From contig RQSC01000518.1 of assembly GCA_013416795.1 (NCBI GenBank), forward strand, positions 134,510 to 198,509: a stretch of 64,000 nucleotides of DNA, read 5' to 3'. Origin of the DNA: Prasinococcaceae sp. CCMP 1430 (lineage: Eukaryota > Plantae > Prasinodermophyta). The notes under the pieces were generated by a model that saw only the letters and a program-made list of their open reading frames with translations, had not been told where the DNA came from and searched no databases. Every line of letters begins with the position of its first letter. Positions within the stretch are counted from its first letter, which is position 1. The translations under genes were made by a program, and so were the position numbers. Below, in pieces: positions 58,606 to 64,000 of this stretch.

Positions 58606-60997
58606 TTACTCGATGCCGAAACCGCACGCCTCGGCATTGAGAGCGATCAGCACGTACTTCTTGAGGTCCTCCTTGGAGGAATACAGCGGTAGCTCCAACC
58701 GGTTGAAGCACGTGTGCGCGCGCGGTAGCAGACCGGTCGTGCACCCCTCGATGGTAAAGAGCTTGATGTTGCCGTCCGAGCCCTGCAGCGCCTTGAAGCC
58801 CTGCACGGGCACCCGGCTCGTGCCCGTGGCGAACTGCAGCAGCCGCGCGCGCTGCTCGGCGTTCATTTCGTTCTCGACGACCTCCCAGAACCACCGGATG
58901 TTCCGGTGGTTGTTCTTCTTGCCCTCGTACACGCCGCGATAGCGCGTGTGCGCGTGCCAGTCCGCGACATCGATGTCCGGCATGCCGCAAAGCAGCAGCT
59001 CGAGCTCGCGCGGGTCGAATACGGCCAGCAGCGGTGGCGGGATCACGTCGTAGAAGCCTCGCAAGAACCGCCCCAGTGGCCCCTCCACCGTGCTGAAGAC
59101 GAGATGGCGCAGCATGAGCTCGGCGTACTCGGCGCGATTCTCGCGCGTGACGTCGACATTGCTGCCACCTGGCTTCAGCTCCTCCTCCACCTGCGCACCG
59201 AAGACCGTGCGACCCACCGTGAAGTCGAGGCAGAGCACCTCAGGGTCCTCCATTTTCATCACCTCCTCGAGCGAGTTGTAGACCGTCTGATCCACAAACT
59301 CAAGGTCCCGCTGCATGATAGGCCACGCGAGCAAATGCTTATAATAGGGCAGCACGAGGTGCGGTGCCACCAGCTGCCCGTCGAAGAGCGCCTTGCCCAG
59401 CAGACGTCCGGCAAAGTAGAAGTACGCCGCCGCGTTTTCGTTCGCCACCTCCGCCGACGGGTTGATCTTGTACGCGAGGTTGTCCACCGCTCCGTACTCC
59501 CACAGCCCCATGTCGACGTTGAACAGCTCTTTCGACACCAGCTCGAACCACTCGCGCGCAACGCCGCCCGCGTCTTGCGCGGGCTCGCCCGCGAACTGAA
59601 AGCGGAAGATGCGGCGCATGTCGTCGGCTCCGAGCCGCGCAAAGCACGCGAACGAGTCCTCCAAGAGGTTCGAGCGACGAACGGTGCAGCTGACGTGGCC
59701 GGCCTCCCACACGATGCGCAGGCGGCCGAGCATGCTACGGAACCAACCCACCTTTTGATCGAACGGCAGCGACGCGGCGTCCTTGAGGTCAGCCGCGGTG
59801 ACATTGATCGGCGGGAAGCACGCGTCCATGGAGAAGTCCTGCGCGTCCACGAAGGAGAGCGTGAAGTCCGGCTTGACCACGCGCACGAACCCGCGCCCGC
59901 CGACGCCGCTGACGGCGATGTACTGCAGGCGCTTCAGCAGGTCCCCCTTTTCGAGTACGCCCGCGTTCTTGACGTCCATGCCCATCGACTCAAGGCGTGC
60001 CTTGAGCTCTCGCACCGGGAGCTGACTGAGCTGCGTCGCCGACGTCGCCAGCGCCCGCACGAGATCTTTCTTCTCGATGCAGTTGCGCCCCGTCTCGATC
60101 TTCAGCAGCGACAACCGGTGCTTCAGCTCCTTCACGGGCAGCTCGTTGAGCGTCGACTCAAGGTCGACAGCGGCCTCGGCCTCGGCCTTGTTGTCTTCCT
60201 CGTGCTGGCGCATTGCCGCTTGGTCGTCCTTCGAAAGCACGCGCACCCAGCGCAGCCTGTTGTCCGACGGCCCGACGCGGCGCACCCAGCGCTCGTTGTT
60301 CGACGGACTGCTGTCCCACTGAAGCGCCTCGCCGTGGTTGCGTCTCCGGCCAGGCTCGGGCCCGGGCACGGCCAGGATAGCGTAGCAGTTGAAGCACTGG
60401 AACCGCGGCGCATTCGGCGGTACCATGAGAAGTGCTTGGCAGCGCGGGCACTGTTGGCACCCCACGCAGGGCGGGCCAGTGGCGGGGAGGGCAGAGATGG
60501 GAAGAGGAGGGGGATGCGGTGGTGTGGGAGGTTAGAGCGGGGGAGCATTCAGCGCGGGTGCGCAAGAGCGTTGGCGGCACGCGAGCAATTGCATGCCTGT
60601 GATCACGAGTCGCACGCATTTGTTTGCGTTCGAGCGCTCCATCCCCGTAACGCGTCCGCATGCCCCCGGCCATGCGCGATTGGCGCGCTTGCGTGCGTGC
60701 GATCACACGCACCATAACCGTCCTGTTCGTCGGCGGCTGCTGCACCTGGGGCGTTGGCCCGCCCGGCATGCTCGGGTAGCTGTGCATCATGTGTTGCGCG
60801 CGCCCGCCGCCCCCGGCGACGCTGTAGTGTGCGTGCGGCGAGGACTGCGATCGGTGCGGAGCGGGTGGGCGCTGCTGCGGGGTGTTTTGCTGATGCTGGA
60901 GCGACGACGGACCCGCCGCCGCCGCCCATGATTGGCGCCGCTGCACCGATGCCCTCGACGACGATGACGACGACGGCGTCGACTGCGAGGAGCCCAT
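58606..60997 (-). CDS. HECT E3 ubiquitin ligase with an N-myristoylation motif, a zinc ribbon and two SAP/HeH-like repeats (~709 aa)
   Basis: Exons 60997-60713 and 60450-58606 (ATG|GTGCGT...CAACAG|TGC). MGSSQS; CPRC...CFNC; two ELPVKELKxRL...EKxDL repeats; HECT motifs VRRSNLLEDS, GEPAQDAGGVAREWF, LLQFATGTSRVP, LPRAHTCFNRLELP. Confidence 0.92.
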
Positions 60998-61963
60998 GGC
61001 TGCGCGCCGCCGCAGCCACGCCCTCCTCGGCCCCCTTTTTCCCGCCCTGGCGGCGCGCGCAGCGGGGCCTGCTCGGCTCTTTCTCTCTCTACCTCTCGCC
61101 CTTGCCCCTTGCCCCTTGCCCCCCCCCCTCTCCCAAACACACACGCGCGCGCGCGCGCGCGCGCGCCTCACCCCCCCGCCCCCTTTTTCAGATTCTCGCC
61201 CGCCCCCTCCCCTCGTAGGCAGGCGCGCGACGGGCGCCCCCGCCCCCCGCGCCCGCCCCTGCGCGCCACACGCGCAGCACGCGCAGTGGCACTCGCGAGG
61301 ACGCGCGGCCCTCTCGACCTCCTCGCGCCACCTGGGGACGACAAAAAAACAAAAACAGAACCACGCACGTCCACAACAAACAACGGGAAAAGAACGCTCA
61401 GGGGGGCGCCTGACGACATGCGCGGCGGGCCGGGCGCCGCGCGGCCTTTTCGGAACGCGCAGCGAAATCGCGTGGCACGCGCGCGCGCGAAAAAAAAAGG
61501 CGATGAGCGAGCGCGCGGCGTGGCGGTGGGCGGCGGTGGCGTCGCGTCGGGGCATCGGCGGCCAAAAAAAAAAAAAAAAGTTGTTTGCGTTTGTGTGGGT
61601 GATTAGGGGAAAACTGGGAGGGCCCGAGGGGGGGGCGAGGCGATGGATGGCAGCGGCGACGCCCGCTGAGCGCGCGGCGCGTGCAGGGGGATGTGCTGGA
61701 ACGAATCCCGCCCGACGTTGCTCGCGCCAACCANCACCACCTCTGCGTACTCGGTTTGCAGGTGCGACACGCGCTCGTCGCACGCGGCCACGCAGCCACA
61801 ACGCGCCGCGCGGGCGCTGGAGGGCGCGCCGAGGGCGGGCCGGGGCGGGAGGGTGAGCGAGGAGTCTCGGCAGAAAGCCTGTGTGTGTGCGCGCGCGCGT
61901 GTGTGTAGGTGCGGGAGTGGGGGGGGCGGCGATCGCGTGCGCGCGCACCGCAGCAGCGGCCCG

Positions 61964-62710
61964 ATGATTGCGATGTCGGCGGCGCAGGCGCAGATGAGCG
62001 ACACACGCGCGGCGATGGGCCTGCTCCACAGGCTGGGCAATCTCGACAAGACCCTCAGCGCGCGGCTCTTCCTCAATGCGCAGCCTGGCACGGCGGTGTA
62101 CCGTGCTCTGCGGCTCGTCGAGCTCCTCGGCAACGGCTGGATCTGGCTGCCGCTGCCCGTGCTGGTGGTGCTGCTCACGCCCAAGGTGGCGATGAAGCAC
62201 CGCTCGCTGCTGCTTTCGCTGGCCATCGGCTTCGTGTTTGACCTCGCGTGCATGGGCGTGCTCAAAGCCATCTTTCGCCGACCACGCCCGAAATACAACG
62301 CGGCCGATGGCCTGCAGCTGCTCAGCGACAAGTACAGCTTCCCGAGCGGGCACTCCAGCCGCGTGTTCCTTATCTTCGCGCTGGCGGTGGTGCACGAGGG
62401 GCGCGCGCTGGGGCTGTCAGGCGGCTTCCTGGTGTTCTTGTGGGCGTGCATGACAGCGGTGTGCAGGGTGATGCAGGGGCGGCACTACGTCGGCGACATC
62501 TTCGTCGGTGCGCTCTGCGGCCTTCTTGAGGCGGCGGCTGTCATGTACGCGCCGGCGACGGTGCAGCGCGCGCTGGAGCAGCCGCTCACGCAACGGCTGG
62601 GGACCGCCGCCGCCAACACGGTGGCCACGGGAGCCGCGGCGGGTGCGGCGGGAGGCTCGCGATTGAGCAGGCGATTGATGCGGGCCGTTGTCGACCCCCG
62701 TGCGGACTGA
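61964..62710 (+). CDS. PAP2-superfamily membrane lipid phosphate phosphatase (PLPP6/LPP-delta-like)
   Basis: Motifs KAIFRRPRP, SFPSGH and CRVMQGRHYVGD, with TM helices. Confidence 0.9.
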   Translation: MIAMSAAQAQMSDTRAAMGLLHRLGNLDKTLSARLFLNAQPGTAVYRALRLVELLGNGWIWLPLPVLVVLLTPKVAMKHRSLLLSLAIGFVFDLACMGVLKAIFRRPRPKYNAADGLQLLSDKYSFPSGHSSRVFLIFALAVVHEGRALGLSGGFLVFLWACMTAVCRVMQGRHYVGDIFVGALCGLLEAAAVMYAPATVQRALEQPLTQRLGTAAANTVATGAAAGAAGGSRLSRRLMRAVVDPRAD

Positions 62711-62930
62711 CGGGCGGCGAGGCAGCGGCGCTCCACGCTCCACTTAATAATAATTATCCGTGTCCACGGCGGCACCCCGGTGTGGCGGGAGTGACGCGGC
62801 CACAGAGCGTGCGCACACGCTGCGCGCGCTCGGCCCATCTTCATGGAGCGTTGGAGCGCGTATACTTACAGGGAATGGAAACAAGAACGGGCCCCGAGGG
62901 CGAGCTCGATCGAGCGCCAGCACGAGCGTC

Positions 62931-63918
62931 TCAGTCCCTGTGCTCGGCCGCGAGCATTTGGCTGACGCGCCTGAGACCCTGCGACGCCAGCGCAGTGCCC
63001 GGCGCGCGCTCCACTGCAGCCTTGAAGTCGTCGCGCGCGCCGGCAATCTCGCCGAGCGTCTCGCGCGCGAGCCCACGGCGCATGTACGCCTTGACGCTCT
63101 CGGGATCGAGCTCGAGCGCAGCCGTGCAGTCCACCTTGGGAGCGCGGCAGCAATGTCAGCAGCGCGCCGTGGTCGCAGGCGATGGGGCGCGCACATGAAG
63201 GTTCTCAAAGAGTAGCATCTGCGCGGCAACGCACCACCACCAGGTCATGTAGCGCCTGCTGCCTGTAGGCCTCCGCTCGGTTGGTGAGCAAGGTCGCCTT
63301 GATGGCGGCGTCAGCGGCGTCGCAGGACTTGAGCAGGTCCATCGCATACGTGTACCACTTCGAGGCCTCCTCGTATTGCCCGACCTTATACGCTGCGTTG
63401 CCCATAGCCTTTGCGTCGGCAGCGGTCTTCGGGAGCGCTTCTGCCGCGGCGCTCGTGCGCTCGAGCCCCTCGCGCAATTGCGCGTTGGTTGGGTCCGCCT
63501 GCGGCAGCGTTTCCAAGCGAGAGCGCCGCGCAGCGCGCGTCAGCTCAGCCGTCGACGGGCGTGGCGCGACGTTCACGCACGCCTCGCGCGAACATGCGGC
63601 GTACGACTCAAGGTTCACCTTCAGTCCCAACTCGAAGGCCTCAACCGCCGCGGGCAACCTCTCGAGTTTCTCGAGGCACAGCCCGAGGCGATACCACCCC
63701 TTCACCCACTTTTCGTCGATGCCCACCGACGTCTTGGCGTCATCGGCGGCCTCAGAGTACTTGCCCGCGGCGTACAGCGCGGCCGCACGGTTGGTGTAGA
63801 TCGACGCGACGCTAGGGTCCGCCTCGATCGCGCGAGTGTACCACTCGGTCGCCTGCGCGTACTGCTTGCGCATGTAGTGCGCATTGCCGCGCTCCTTCAG
63901 CTCGCGCGCCGAGCTCAT
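62931..63918 (-). CDS. Two-module TPR protein (STI1/TTC-like co-chaperone type), ~255 aa
   Basis: Exons 63918-63619, 63498-63235 and 63134-62931 (inferred GT-AG, all phase 0). ELKERGNAHY...IYTNRAAA...KGWYR; AKAMGNAAYK...LLTNRAEAY...DCTAALELDPESVKAYMRRG. Confidence 0.88.
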
Positions 63919-64000
63919 CGCCCCTCAGTCGGATCACCTCCCAGCTAGCGCCGCGGGGCGCGCGCGGCCCCTCACGTGGACACCGGGCCGGCCGCTCAGG

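Noticed and set aside
60158-62395. 745-aa minus-strand ORF
   Set aside because: A chimera of the PAP2 antisense strand, intergenic sequence, HECT exon 1 and an intron; only 60997-60713 is coding.

Overview
This is a gene-dense, GC-rich eukaryotic nuclear window, not a prokaryotic one. Genes carry short GT-AG spliceosomal introns (donors GTGCGT/GTGAGT/GTACGT, branch points like CTGAC). Plastid transit peptides, Ycf20, a group I WRKY factor, class II DAHP synthase and a flavodiiron pair point to a green alga, probably a prasinophyte-grade picoalga (inference). About 24 protein-coding genes are supported. I recognised no rRNA, tRNA, CRISPR array or transposase. The dominant feature is an apparently intron-free 17.2-kb gene (16868-34111) for a ~5750-aa surface receptor-like protein. 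It has a signal peptide, ~35-40 IPT/TIG domains, Cys-rich CPxGxYC repeats, an ectodomain with four RRxL motifs, ~11 TM helices and five copies of an unrecognised cytosolic repeat. Near-identical, very GC-rich 786-bp domain cassettes sit inside its otherwise GC-poor sequence. Other notable items are the head-to-head FLVA/FLVB pair and a CS-domain + alpha/beta-hydrolase gene split by one base in a C8 run. There is also a diverged duplication of the sulfatase terminal exon, a WRKY domain with a 45-nt GT-AG insertion, a 46-bp loopless palindrome and two divergent genes whose start codons may overlap in one CATG. Two N gaps and two single Ns limit interpretation. All family assignments come from motif recognition by eye; no database search was run.
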